From: an uncultured Eubacteriales bacterium
GTDB taxonomy: Bacteria; Bacillota; Clostridia; Oscillospirales; CAG-272
DNA length: 64,000 bases
Direction: 5' to 3'
Assembly (NCBI GenBank): GCA_934378145.1
Contig: CAKXXW010000003.1
Coordinates: 13,512 to 77,511 of the forward strand
Made by a program: the position numbers and the translations under genes. Positions 1 to 9,563 of the stretch are shown in pieces (position 1 is the stretch's first letter; every line of letters begins with the position of its first letter). Below the pieces are notes generated by a model, which saw only the letters and a program-made list of their open reading frames with translations, searched no databases and was not told the origin of the DNA.

Positions 1-369
1 ACGCGAAAGTCCGCCCTGTGCGTAAAGCTCGGCGCAGGTCTTTGCCCCTATCGGAAAACCGCAGAAAAATCCGAGAAGGAGCGCGCACATCGCCTCGCCG
101 GGCAGGGAAAAGAGCGCGCGCATCGGGCGCTCGGCGATGCTTCCGAGCTTTTTTGCTCCTCCGAGCCGGACTATGATCCCCGAAAGCACCGCGCAGGGGA
201 AGACCGCCGGTACCACAGACATCACCGAGAGCTTCAGCGAGGATATAACGGCATCTCTTGCACCGCCCGTGTCAAGTATAAAAAGTATCGTCAGCGCCGC
301 CGCCGTGAGGGTCAGGGGGATCGCCCCGCCTGCCTTTCGCGTCGCCGTAATTTTTCGGGTATCAGTCAT
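1..369 (-). CDS. ylbJ: Sporulation integral membrane protein YlbJ-like, N-terminal part only; the gene runs off the left edge of the window
   Basis: My own minus-strand translation from the ATG at 367-369 gives MTDTRKITATRKAGGAIPLTLTAAALTILFILDTGGARDAVISSLKLSVMSVVPAVFPCAVLSGIIVRLGG...FCGFPIGAKTCAELY. This is hydrophobic and resembles a YlbJ/nucleoside-recognition-type N-terminus. It is missing from the ORF track because it is open-ended. It sits divergent from yqfC. Confidence 0.6.
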   Translation of the reverse strand, partial: MTDTRKITATRKAGGAIPLTLTAAALTILFILDTGGARDAVISSLKLSVMSVVPAVFPCAVLSGIIVRLGGAKKLGSIAERPMRALFSLPGEAMCALLLGFFCGFPIGAKTCAELYAQGGLSR

Positions 370-430
370 TCGTCCACCGCCTTTCACATAAATATACTTT
401 GAAAATGTTTTGTATATGAGGACGGGCGAT

Positions 431-727
431 ATGAAAAAGAAAAAAGAGAAGAAGGAAAAGAGCCTGCGCGGACTTACGAAGTTCTTTTCGGAGCGCGACA
501 TAGATACCGGCGCGGAATTTTACGCCGAACTTCGCGGCAGGAACAGCATAGCCGTCAGAGGCTGCTTCGGCATCGCGGAATATTCGGAGGAGCGGATAGG
601 TCTTCGCGTTCCCTCGGGCATCATGACGGTCATGGGCGTGCGCCTTGTCTGCGACAGCTATGTGAACGGTGCGGTCATCGTCAGCGGGCATATATCGTCG
701 GTGGTCTTCGGGGAGGATGAGATATGA
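431..727 (+). CDS. yqfC: Sporulation protein YqfC (YabP family)
   Basis: Small protein with a K-rich N-terminus followed by a YabP-like beta-rich core (IAVRGCFGIAEYSEERIGLRV...VIVSGHISSVVF). It lies immediately upstream of yqfD and overlaps it (ATGA), as in the Bacillus yqfCD-phoH-ybeY-era-recO block. I chose the start at the internal ATG at 431, which follows GAGGA. Confidence 0.7.
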   Translation: MKKKKEKKEKSLRGLTKFFSERDIDTGAEFYAELRGRNSIAVRGCFGIAEYSEERIGLRVPSGIMTVMGVRLVCDSYVNGAVIVSGHISSVVFGEDEI

Positions 728-1902
728 GGCTCTATTACCGTCTGTGCGGATACAGGAATGTCTGCTTTGCGCTGTCCGACGCGGCGGACGCGCTCAACAT
801 ATGTATGAAGTACGGGTACCCTTACCGTGATATGAGGGTCGAAGGAGAGAAGGTGAGCCTCACCTTCACGCTTTTCACGGCATCGCGGTTCGTCTCAAGG
901 TGCCGCGGCATGGGTATAGAGGTCGTATCGGGACCCGCCCGCGGGATCCCCGCCTTTTTCGGAAGGTACCTTGCCCGCCCGGGGGTGGTCGTCGGAGCGC
1001 TTGCCGCCGGACTGCTCGTTTTCCTCTCGGGCAGATTCGTATGGGACATACGGGTGAGCGGGAACGAGAGCCTTACTTCCGACGAGGTGAAGACCGTGCT
1101 TGCCGGCTCGGGGCTTTCGGTCGGGAGCTACATACCGTCCCTTGACACTAACCGCGCCGAGGGGCGTGCGATGCTTCTTTGCGACAGGATCGCGTGGATC
1201 TCTGTCAATATGAGCGGCAATGTCGCCTATGTCGAGGTGATGGAGAAGATCCCGAACGATCCGGAGAAGAAGTCAGACAGACCCGCGAACCTTGTCGCGG
1301 CGAGGGAAGGGACTGTCGTGGAGTTCATAGCTTTCAGCGGACACTGCGAGCTTTCGGTCGGCGACGCGGTGAAGGCGGGCGACCTTCTCATCGGCGGAGT
1401 CTACGGCGAGAAGACCCCGGGAGTCGTCCTGACGCGCGCCGCGGGATATGTCAAGGCGAAGACCTTCCGCGAATTTGAGGTGAAAGTGCCGCTCGAACAC
1501 ACCGAAAAGGTGCCTGTTTCTACCTATATCGGGGGCAGATCGCTGATTTTTTTCAATAAAAAAATAAAAGTTTTCGCAAAGAGTAGAAATTCGGGGGTGA
1601 CTTGTGATACAATAGAAGAGGAAAAGTATCTCTCCCTGTTCGGTGCCCGTCTGCCGCTCGGGATCGTGACCGAAAGAGTATGCGAATACAGGGAGGAAAG
1701 CGCCCGTTACACCGAAGGCGAGGCTTCCGCCGTTGCGCTTGAAAAGCTCAGGGCTATGATACAGGAGGAGCTTGCCGACGCGAAGATTCTTTCAAGGCAG
1801 GAGAGCGGCGAGGTACGCGACGGGGTCTATATCCTCCGTTGCGGGATCTCCTGCATAGAGAATATTGCCGAGCTTCGTGAGATAGGAACGGGAGACAAAT
1901 GA
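724..1902 (+). CDS. yqfD: Stage IV sporulation protein YqfD
   Basis: 392 aa with a central TM segment (VVVGALAAGLLVFL) followed by WDIRVSGNESLTSDEV, which is typical of YqfD. Conserved position between yqfC and phoH. Confidence 0.75.
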   Translation: MRLYYRLCGYRNVCFALSDAADALNICMKYGYPYRDMRVEGEKVSLTFTLFTASRFVSRCRGMGIEVVSGPARGIPAFFGRYLARPGVVVGALAAGLLVFLSGRFVWDIRVSGNESLTSDEVKTVLAGSGLSVGSYIPSLDTNRAEGRAMLLCDRIAWISVNMSGNVAYVEVMEKIPNDPEKKSDRPANLVAAREGTVVEFIAFSGHCELSVGDAVKAGDLLIGGVYGEKTPGVVLTRAAGYVKAKTFREFEVKVPLEHTEKVPVSTYIGGRSLIFFNKKIKVFAKSRNSGVTCDTIEEEKYLSLFGARLPLGIVTERVCEYREESARYTEGEASAVALEKLRAMIQEELADAKILSRQESGEVRDGVYILRCGISCIENIAELREIGTGDK

Positions 1903-1921
1903 TAAAGGACGGTGATCCGAA

Positions 1922-2968
1922 ATGATAAAAGAGACAGTAATGACCGGCTCGCCGGAGGATACCGCAAGGATATTCGGCAGCTTTGATTTCAACGCGAGGA
2001 TGATAGAGAAGGTCTTCGGCGTGTGCGTCCGCAACCGCTCCGAGGAGGACGGGAGCGACGCGATAGAGATAACCGGAGAGGACAACGAGACCGTCGGCGC
2101 GGCAAAGCGCACTGTCGAGTGCTTAAAACAGCTCGCCGCGTACAGCGACAGCATCCCCGAGCAGACCCTTCGCTATGTCATCGATATGGTGAAGGACGGA
2201 CGCGAGGGAGAGCTGCTCGATCTCTCCGACAACTGCATCTGCATCACGACGAAGGGCAAACCGATAAAGGCGCGTACGGTCGGGCAGAAATATTATGTCG
2301 ACTCGATAAAGAACAATACGATAATATTCGGTATAGGTCCCGCCGGAACGGGCAAGACCTTCCTTGCCGTCGCGATGGCGGTGAAGGCTCTGCGCGAAAA
2401 GCAGGTGTCAAGGATAATCCTCACAAGGCCGGCTATCGAGGCGGGGGAGAAGCTCGGGTTCCTTCCCGGCGACCTCCAGAGCAAGATAGACCCCTACCTC
2501 CGCCCGCTGTATGACGCGCTATTTGAGCTTATGGGCTACGAGAGCTATCAGAGGAATGTCGAAAAGCAGATAATCGAGATAGCTCCGCTCGCGTATATGA
2601 GGGGCAGAACGCTTGACGACTCCTTTATAATCTTCGACGAGGCGCAGAACGCGACGGGAGAGCAGATGAAGATGTTTCTGACCCGTCTCGGAAACAACTC
2701 GAAGGCGGTCATAACCGGCGACCTTACTCAGACCGACCTGCCCTACGGGCAGGTGAGCGGGCTTGCGACGGCGGTGAAGATCGTCGGCGGGATAGAGGGT
2801 ATAGCCGTCCACCGTTTCACCGACCGCGATGTCGTGCGGCATCACCTTGTGCAGAAGATAATCGTGGCTTACGACAGGTACGAGAAGGAAGCTGCGAAAA
2901 AGCACGCCGAACACACCGACGAAAGACAAAAACAGAGATTCAAAAGATACGGAGATACAAAGCAATGA
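1922..2968 (+). CDS. phoH: PhoH-family ATPase
   Basis: Walker A GIGPAGTGKTFLAVAMAV. ILTRPAIEAGEKLGFLPGDL and FIIFDEAQN motifs. Confidence 0.9.
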   Translation: MIKETVMTGSPEDTARIFGSFDFNARMIEKVFGVCVRNRSEEDGSDAIEITGEDNETVGAAKRTVECLKQLAAYSDSIPEQTLRYVIDMVKDGREGELLDLSDNCICITTKGKPIKARTVGQKYYVDSIKNNTIIFGIGPAGTGKTFLAVAMAVKALREKQVSRIILTRPAIEAGEKLGFLPGDLQSKIDPYLRPLYDALFELMGYESYQRNVEKQIIEIAPLAYMRGRTLDDSFIIFDEAQNATGEQMKMFLTRLGNNSKAVITGDLTQTDLPYGQVSGLATAVKIVGGIEGIAVHRFTDRDVVRHHLVQKIIVAYDRYEKEAAKKHAEHTDERQKQRFKRYGDTKQ

Positions 2969-3480
2969 AACTGATGATCTACTTTGACGACTCACAGAAC
3001 AAAATAAAGGTCACATATGCGCTCGAGCTGCTCCTGCGCCGCGCGATAGAGGCGACCCTCGGATATGAGAGGGTCAACGGAGGGTGCGAGGTCTCGCTGA
3101 CCTTCACCGATGACGAGGGGATACGCGAGCTTAACCGCCGTTACAGAAACATCGACCGTGCGACCGATGTTTTGTCCTTCCCTCAGATAGATTTTGGGAC
3201 TGACGGGGTAGACCTTTCGGACAATTCGTATAAGATCCTCGGCGATATAGTGATATCGCTCGAGCGTGCGAGGGCGCAGGCTGCCGAGATAGGTCACAGC
3301 CTCGAGCATGAGGCGGCGTTCCTCTGCGTTCATTCGACCCTGCATCTGCTCGGATACGACCATGTGACCTCCGAAGAGGACGAGAAGATAATGTTCGGAA
3401 AGCAGAAGGAGATAATAGAGTCTCTCGCTCCCGAGCTTGCCGCGTTTGACGGAAAAGGAAAGGAAGGCAAAACCGAATGA
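2965..3480 (+). CDS. ybeY: rRNA maturation endoribonuclease YbeY
   Basis: Metal-binding motif HSTLHLLGYDH. ATGA overlap with phoH. Confidence 0.9.
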   Translation: MKLMIYFDDSQNKIKVTYALELLLRRAIEATLGYERVNGGCEVSLTFTDDEGIRELNRRYRNIDRATDVLSFPQIDFGTDGVDLSDNSYKILGDIVISLERARAQAAEIGHSLEHEAAFLCVHSTLHLLGYDHVTSEEDEKIMFGKQKEIIESLAPELAAFDGKGKEGKTE

Positions 3481-4370
3481 GAAAAACAGGATTTTTTGCG
3501 ATCGTGGGACGCCCGAATGTGGGAAAGTCCACGCTGCTGAATACGATACTCGGGGAGAAGGTCGCGATAGTTTCGGCTAAGCCCCAGACGACGCGCAACC
3601 GCATCACCGGCATCCGTACGAGGGGAGAGGAGCAGTTCGTCTTCATCGACACGCCGGGAATATTCAGACCGAGAAACAAGCTCGGCGACTATATGGTGAA
3701 CAACGCCGAAAGCACGATGAAGGATGCCGATACCGTCATCCTTGTCGTCGAGGCGGGGAGAGAACCGGGAGATGTCGAGAAGAAGGTCATTGACTATCTG
3801 AAATCGAGCGGTACTTCTTCGGTGCTTGCGATAAACAAGGTAGACCTCTCCGACGGGGAAAAGGTCGGGCAGACTATCATGAGCTACGCGGAGCTTCACT
3901 CCTTTGACGCGGTCGTGCCGATCTGCGCGAAGAACGGGAAAAAGGTGGACGAGCTTCTCGACGAATGCTCGAAGTTCCTCACCGAGTCCGAATGGTTCTT
4001 CCCGGACGACACCGTGACCGATCAGCCCGAGCGACAGATAGCCGCCGAGGTCATCCGTGAAAAGCTGCTCCGTGCGCTCGACCGCGAGGTGCCTCACGGT
4101 ATCGCCGTCGTTATCGAGGAATTCACCGACGAGGGGACTCTTCTCCGCATCAGAGCCGAGATATTCTGCGAGAAGGCATCGCACAAGGGGATAATCGTCG
4201 GAAAGAACGGCGAGACCCTGAAGCGCGTCGGAACATATGCGAGAGAGGATCTTGAGAAGATGCTCGGGGTGAAGGTCTACCTCAATCTCTGGGTAAAGGT
4301 CAAGGAGAACTGGCGCGATTCGGCGCACCTTATCAGCAACTTCGGCTACAAAAAAGAAGACCTTGAATAA
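3477..4370 (+). CDS. era: GTPase Era
   Basis: G1 motif GRPNVGKSTLLN, DTPG and NKVD motifs, and a C-terminal KH domain (VKVKENWRD). Confidence 0.92.
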   Translation: MRKTGFFAIVGRPNVGKSTLLNTILGEKVAIVSAKPQTTRNRITGIRTRGEEQFVFIDTPGIFRPRNKLGDYMVNNAESTMKDADTVILVVEAGREPGDVEKKVIDYLKSSGTSSVLAINKVDLSDGEKVGQTIMSYAELHSFDAVVPICAKNGKKVDELLDECSKFLTESEWFFPDDTVTDQPERQIAAEVIREKLLRALDREVPHGIAVVIEEFTDEGTLLRIRAEIFCEKASHKGIIVGKNGETLKRVGTYAREDLEKMLGVKVYLNLWVKVKENWRDSAHLISNFGYKKEDLE

Positions 4371-4372
4371 AA

Positions 4373-5164
4373 ATGTACACAACTGACGGATTCGTGCTGC
4401 GCTCAAAGCCCTTCGGCGAGAACGACAGGCTCATAACCCTTCTGACCCCGAAGGAGGGCAGGATCACAGCCGTCGCAAAGGGCGGGCGGTCGCTGAAAAG
4501 CGGGAGCCTTCCGGCAACGCAGCTCTTTTCCTACGGCAATTACGAGATAAACCACCGCGGGGATTACAAATGGATACGGGGAGCCTCTGTACTTCGTCAG
4601 TTCCCGAATCTTACCTCCGATATTGCGAAGGTCGCGCTCGCGTCCTACCTTGCTTCGGTCGCGGACGAGCTTTCGGGAGAGAACGAAGAGGGTGAGGAGA
4701 TCCTTCGGCTGATGCTCAATTCCTGCTATGCCCTTGACACGGGCATGCGCCCGGATGCGCAGATAAAGGCGTCGTTCGAGCTTCGTGCGGCGGCTGTGTC
4801 GGGTTTTATGCCGGATCTTTCCGTCTGCCGCGGATGCCACCGTGAGAGTGCCGATGTGATGTATCTCGATGTGATGAACGGTCGGATACTCTGCGACGAC
4901 TGTATGAGGCGCGCAGCTCTCCTTTCGGCGCGGGAAAAAGCTGTCAGCGAGGACATACGCGAAGCCGAGATCTTCCTGCCGCTCTCGCCGTCGGTTACTG
5001 CCGCTATACGCTTTGTACTGAACGCCGGAGAGGGAAGGTTCCTTGCTTTTTCGCTTGACGCGGGAGAGCTTGAGGGTTTCTGCCGCGCCGCGGAGACATA
5101 CCTGCTGAGCCATCTCGGGCATGGATTCGACACACTTGAATTTTACAGATCCGTAAAGGACTGA
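4373..5164 (+). CDS. recO: DNA repair protein RecO
   Basis: N-terminal OB-fold pattern (GFVLRSKPFGENDRLITLLT) and a Cys4 zinc motif (CRGC...CDDC). Conserved position after era. Confidence 0.85.
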   Translation: MYTTDGFVLRSKPFGENDRLITLLTPKEGRITAVAKGGRSLKSGSLPATQLFSYGNYEINHRGDYKWIRGASVLRQFPNLTSDIAKVALASYLASVADELSGENEEGEEILRLMLNSCYALDTGMRPDAQIKASFELRAAAVSGFMPDLSVCRGCHRESADVMYLDVMNGRILCDDCMRRAALLSAREKAVSEDIREAEIFLPLSPSVTAAIRFVLNAGEGRFLAFSLDAGELEGFCRAAETYLLSHLGHGFDTLEFYRSVKD

Positions 5165-5176
5165 GATCGGAACAAA

Positions 5177-7567
5177 ATGAATATATCTGAAAAAATACTG
5201 AAAACGCTTGAATTTGACAAGGTAAGGCTGATGCTTGCCGAGTCGGCTCTGACAGAGGGAGCAAGGCAGAGAGCCATGCTCCTCTCGCCCTCGGACGACA
5301 GGGACGAGATCCTTCGCTGGCAGAGCAGGACGACCGATGCAAAGCGGCTGATGAATATCAAGGGCGCACCGTCTTTCGGAGAGGCGAGGGACATATCCGA
5401 CGCCTGCGAGCGCGCGCTCAAGGGCGCCGTGCTGACTCCGCGCGAGCTGCTTGACATTGCCGACATACTGAAGGTGTCGTCGCGCCTTGTCGAATATATA
5501 AGGGTAAACAAGCAGTTTGACACGGTGCTTGATGAGATATTTGAGCTTATCACGCCCAACCGTGTGCTTGAAAACAAAATAACGAGGGCGATAATCGCGG
5601 AGGATATGATCTCCGACGATGCCTCACCCGAGCTTGGAAATATCAGACGGAAGATAAAGTCGGTGAACAGCCGCATCCGCGATATGCTCCAGCATTACAC
5701 GCAGAACAACGACTATTCAAAGTATCTTCAGGACAACATCGTGACGATGAGGAACGGAAGGTATGTTATCCCCGTCAAGGTCGAATGTCGCAACGAGATC
5801 AAGGGACTCGTGCATGATACCTCGGCTTCGGGAGCCACTCTCTTTATCGAGCCTATCGCCGTCGTCGAGGCCAACAACGACCTCCGCGAGCTTTCGGCGA
5901 AGGAGGCAAAGGAGATCGAACGGATCCTTGCCGATATGTCGGCGGATGTGGCGGAGTTCAGCTCGGCGCTAAACTTCAATTACCGCAACATAACCGAGCT
6001 TGCTTATGCCTTTGCCTGCGCCGAGCTGTCGTTCAGGATGGACGGAAATCCTCCGGTGATCACCGAAAAGCGCGAGATAAAGCTCATGCGCGCGCGGCAT
6101 CCCTTAATAAACAAGGACAAGGTCGTGCCGGTCGATGCGATGATAGGCGACGGTTACGATACCCTTATCATAACGGGACCGAACACCGGCGGAAAGACGG
6201 TCACTCTTAAGACCTTCGGACTGCTTGCGCTGATGGCGCAGGCGGGGCTTCATATTCCGGCGTCGGACGAGTCTTCGGTCTGCGTCTTTGACCGCATCCT
6301 GCCCGATATAGGCGACGAGCAGAGCATAGAGCAATCGCTCTCGACCTTCAGCTCGCATATGGTGAATATAGTTTCGATAGTCGGGCAGATCACCGACCGC
6401 TCGCTGGTGCTTTTTGACGAGCTCGGAGTCGGTACCGACCCGGTGGAGGGCGCGGCGCTTGCCGTTGCCGTCATCGAAAATGTGAGAAAGAGAGGCGCGA
6501 TGTGCGCGGCGACGACGCATTATGCCGAGCTTAAGGTCTACGCCCTCAACACAGACGGCGTTAAGAACGCCTCCTGCGAATTCGATGTCGAGACGCTCAA
6601 GCCGACCTATAAGCTCATTATAGGCACGCCCGGAAAATCGAACGCCTTTGCCATTTCGGAGAAGCTCGGACTTCCGCCCGAGATCGTCTCGCGCGCAAAG
6701 GGGATAGTCAGCGTCGACGACCGGCGCTTTGAGGATGTCATCGAACGGCTCGAAAAAACGAGGCTCGAGCTTGAGCGCCAGCGCGACGAGGCTGCGGAGC
6801 TTCGCGCCGATTACGAGCGCTTCAAGGAAGAGTCCGAGAAAAAATACAGGGAAAAGCTCGCTGCCGCCGAACATGAGCTTGCCGTGGCTCAGAAGAAGGC
6901 GACCGAGCTTCTCAACAGCGCGAAGGCTTCAAGCGAGTTTGTCTTTGAGCAGCTTGACAAGGCGAAAAAGGCGAAGGACGCTGAGAACTTCGGCGAGCAG
7001 CTTGACGCCCGTCGCCGCGCCGTGAGACAGCACCTGCGCGAGAACGAGGACAGGCTCGATCCGGTCGTCAACCGCGAGGACGAGGAATACACGCTCCCGC
7101 GCCCGCTTAAGGTCGGGGACAAGGTACTGATCGCCAATATCAACAAGCGCGCGGTCGTAATGTCGCTTCCCGACAAGCGCGGCAATGTCTCGGTCCGCGC
7201 GGGGCTTATCGACACCCGCACGGGGGTCGGGAACCTTCGCCTTATCGAGGATGAGCCTGAGATAACCGACAAAAACGGGAAGAAGGCGTCAAAATCCGAC
7301 TACCGTGCCTCGAGGTTGCGCGAGATCTCGCCCGAGATAGACCTTCGCGGCAAGACGGGCGACGAGGCTTGGGCTGCCGTTGACAAATATTTCGATGACG
7401 CGCTTGTCGCGGGCATCGGGACCGTGAGGCTCATTCACGGAAAAGGGACCGGAGCGCTCCGCAATGCCCTCTGGAAGATACTCAAGACCGACGGACGGGT
7501 GAAGTCCTTCCGTATCGGACAGTTCGGAGAGGGGGACAGCGGCGTCACCGTCGTTGAGCTGAAATGA
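5177..7567 (+). CDS. mutS2: Endonuclease MutS2 (MutS domain V ATPase plus C-terminal Smr domain)
   Basis: Walker A GPNTGGKTVTLKT, DELGVGTDP, a long coiled-coil segment, and a C-terminal Smr region (IDLRGKTGDEA...LIHGKGTGALR). Confidence 0.92.
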   Translation: MNISEKILKTLEFDKVRLMLAESALTEGARQRAMLLSPSDDRDEILRWQSRTTDAKRLMNIKGAPSFGEARDISDACERALKGAVLTPRELLDIADILKVSSRLVEYIRVNKQFDTVLDEIFELITPNRVLENKITRAIIAEDMISDDASPELGNIRRKIKSVNSRIRDMLQHYTQNNDYSKYLQDNIVTMRNGRYVIPVKVECRNEIKGLVHDTSASGATLFIEPIAVVEANNDLRELSAKEAKEIERILADMSADVAEFSSALNFNYRNITELAYAFACAELSFRMDGNPPVITEKREIKLMRARHPLINKDKVVPVDAMIGDGYDTLIITGPNTGGKTVTLKTFGLLALMAQAGLHIPASDESSVCVFDRILPDIGDEQSIEQSLSTFSSHMVNIVSIVGQITDRSLVLFDELGVGTDPVEGAALAVAVIENVRKRGAMCAATTHYAELKVYALNTDGVKNASCEFDVETLKPTYKLIIGTPGKSNAFAISEKLGLPPEIVSRAKGIVSVDDRRFEDVIERLEKTRLELERQRDEAAELRADYERFKEESEKKYREKLAAAEHELAVAQKKATELLNSAKASSEFVFEQLDKAKKAKDAENFGEQLDARRRAVRQHLRENEDRLDPVVNREDEEYTLPRPLKVGDKVLIANINKRAVVMSLPDKRGNVSVRAGLIDTRTGVGNLRLIEDEPEITDKNGKKASKSDYRASRLREISPEIDLRGKTGDEAWAAVDKYFDDALVAGIGTVRLIHGKGTGALRNALWKILKTDGRVKSFRIGQFGEGDSGVTVVELK

Positions 7568-8217
7568 AGAAACTTGAATATATAATGTTCGACCTTGACG
7601 GGACGCTGACCGACCCCGGCGAGGGCATCACGAACTCGCTTGCCTACGCGATAGGCAAGGCGGGCTTTCCCGTTCCGTCAAAGGACGGGCTGAAAAAATA
7701 TATAGGTCCGCCGCTTATCCCTTCGTTTATGGAGGATTTCGGCGTTGACGAGGCGTTTTCGCGGAGGATGCTTGATTTTTACCGCGAATATTACGAGCCT
7801 CACGGGATCTTTGAAAATGAGGTCTATTCGGGTATTCCGGAAATGCTTGCCGACCTTCAAAGGAAGGGCGCGACGCTTATCGTGGCGACATCGAAGCCCG
7901 AGCCTTACGCCGCCGAGATCATAAAGCACTTCGGGCTTGCGGAATATTTTTCCGCCGTCTGCGGCAATACTATGGACGAGAGGCGGACGACGAAGACCGA
8001 TATTATAGCCTATGTGAAGGAGTGCTTCCCGAAAATATGCGGGGACAACGCTGTGATGGTCGGCGACCGCAGGTACGACATCGAGGGCGCGACGGCGAAC
8101 GGGATCGACGCCGTTGGTGTACTTTACGGTTACGGAAGCGAAGCCGAATTCAGCGGTGCGGCATTTGTCGCGGACAGCGTGGAAGCGCTTCGGGATCACC
8201 TTGAAGAAAGCCTCTGA
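7564..8217 (+). CDS. HAD-superfamily hydrolase (phosphoglycolate phosphatase-like, subfamily IA)
   Basis: Motif I FDLDGTL, motif II TSK, motif IV GDRRYD. Substrate cannot be told from the sequence. Confidence 0.75.
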   Translation: MKKLEYIMFDLDGTLTDPGEGITNSLAYAIGKAGFPVPSKDGLKKYIGPPLIPSFMEDFGVDEAFSRRMLDFYREYYEPHGIFENEVYSGIPEMLADLQRKGATLIVATSKPEPYAAEIIKHFGLAEYFSAVCGNTMDERRTTKTDIIAYVKECFPKICGDNAVMVGDRRYDIEGATANGIDAVGVLYGYGSEAEFSGAAFVADSVEALRDHLEESL

Positions 8218-8368
8218 TGCCGTGACTCTCCGTTTTGCACATTCGCGGGAGATCATAGCGGGCAAATTTCATTGAAAAATTCTGTCGCAAAATGCCGTGA
8301 TACCGCTTTTCAAAGCGCGGTTTATATGGTATAATAGCTATATATAGGATTTGAGAAAGGAAAAAATT

Positions 8369-9514
8369 ATGAAGGAAGCACTTTTCGGGGACCTCAGCGT
8401 GATCGGCATGAGAGGATGCGAGCAGTTCGTATCGCAGGTCGATTACTATCTCAAGGATTGGAGACGGCACGGCGGGGACGAATCGTTCACGATCGATGCG
8501 GAATGTCCGAGATTCGGAACGGGTGAGGCAAAGGGTCTTATCCACAAATCTCTCCGCGGACACGATGTTTACATCATATGTGACCCCTTCAATTACGGAG
8601 TTACATACAAGATGTACGGTCAGACAGTTCCGATGAGTCCGGACGATCACTTTGCCGACCTCAAGCGCATACTCGGTGCCATCGCCGGCAAGGCAAGGCG
8701 CACCTCTGTGATCATGCCGATGCTCTATGAGGGCAGACAGCACAGAAGGACGAGCCGTGAATCGCTCGACTGCGCGCTGATGCTTCAGGAGCTTGAGAAT
8801 ATGGGCGTGGCGAACATCATTACCTTCGATGCCCATGACGCAAGGATCCAGAACGCGATCCCGCTCTGCGGCTTTGACAGCGTACGCCCGACATATCAGA
8901 TGCTTAAGGCGTTCGTCAGAAATGTTCCCGATGCGATGCTTGATAAAGACAACCTCACAATTATCTCTCCTGATGAAGGCGCCATGGGCAGATGTATGTA
9001 CTATTCATCCGTTCTCGGCGTGGATATAGGAATGTTCTACAAGCGCCGCGACTACTCGAGAATAGTCGACGGCAAGAACCCAATCACGGCTCACGAATAC
9101 CTCGGATCCGACCTCCACGGCAAGGATGTCATAATTGTCGACGATATGATCTCCTCCGGCGATTCGATCCTTGATGTTTCGGCGCAGCTCAAGGAAAAGG
9201 GCGCGAAGAGGATATTCACCTTTGCGACCTTCGGACTCTTCACCGACGGTGTGGACAAGTTCAATAAGGCGTATGAGGATCACCTTATAGACAAGATCTT
9301 CACGACGAACCTTGTTTACCGCCGTCCCGAGCTTTTCTCGTGCGATTGGTATGTCGAGGTCAATATGTGCAAGTATGTTGCGTATATAATCGATACGCTG
9401 AACCACGACGAGAGCATAAGCGAGCTTCTCAATCCCGTAAAGCGCATAAACAACCTTCTTGAAAAACAGAAAGCGGCAAACGCTCAGCAGATCAGGATGT
9501 CTTTCGATAACTGA
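8369..9514 (+). CDS. prs: Ribose-phosphate diphosphokinase (long-form PRPP synthetase family)
   Basis: PRPP-binding loop IIVDDMISSGDS and ITFDAHDARIQN. I chose the start at the ATG at 8369, after AAAGGA, rather than the TTG at 8351. Confidence 0.7.
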   Translation: MKEALFGDLSVIGMRGCEQFVSQVDYYLKDWRRHGGDESFTIDAECPRFGTGEAKGLIHKSLRGHDVYIICDPFNYGVTYKMYGQTVPMSPDDHFADLKRILGAIAGKARRTSVIMPMLYEGRQHRRTSRESLDCALMLQELENMGVANIITFDAHDARIQNAIPLCGFDSVRPTYQMLKAFVRNVPDAMLDKDNLTIISPDEGAMGRCMYYSSVLGVDIGMFYKRRDYSRIVDGKNPITAHEYLGSDLHGKDVIIVDDMISSGDSILDVSAQLKEKGAKRIFTFATFGLFTDGVDKFNKAYEDHLIDKIFTTNLVYRRPELFSCDWYVEVNMCKYVAYIIDTLNHDESISELLNPVKRINNLLEKQKAANAQQIRMSFDN

Positions 9515-9520
9515 ATAAAA

Positions 9521-9562
9521 ACAAAACACACCCGAAGGTCTTTCCTTCGGGTGTGTTTTTTG
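9521..9562. terminator. Bidirectional intrinsic terminator between convergent prs and pheT
   Basis: 13-bp stem ACACACCCGAAGG / CCTTCGGGTGTGT, flanked by an A-rich run upstream and TTTTTT downstream. Confidence 0.8.
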
Positions 9563-9563
9563 T

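Noticed and set aside
137-691. ORFs at 137-391 (+) and 362-691 (-) at the left edge.
   Set aside because: The first is antisense to the open-ended ylbJ-like gene. The second is antisense to yqfC. Neither has protein-like sequence.
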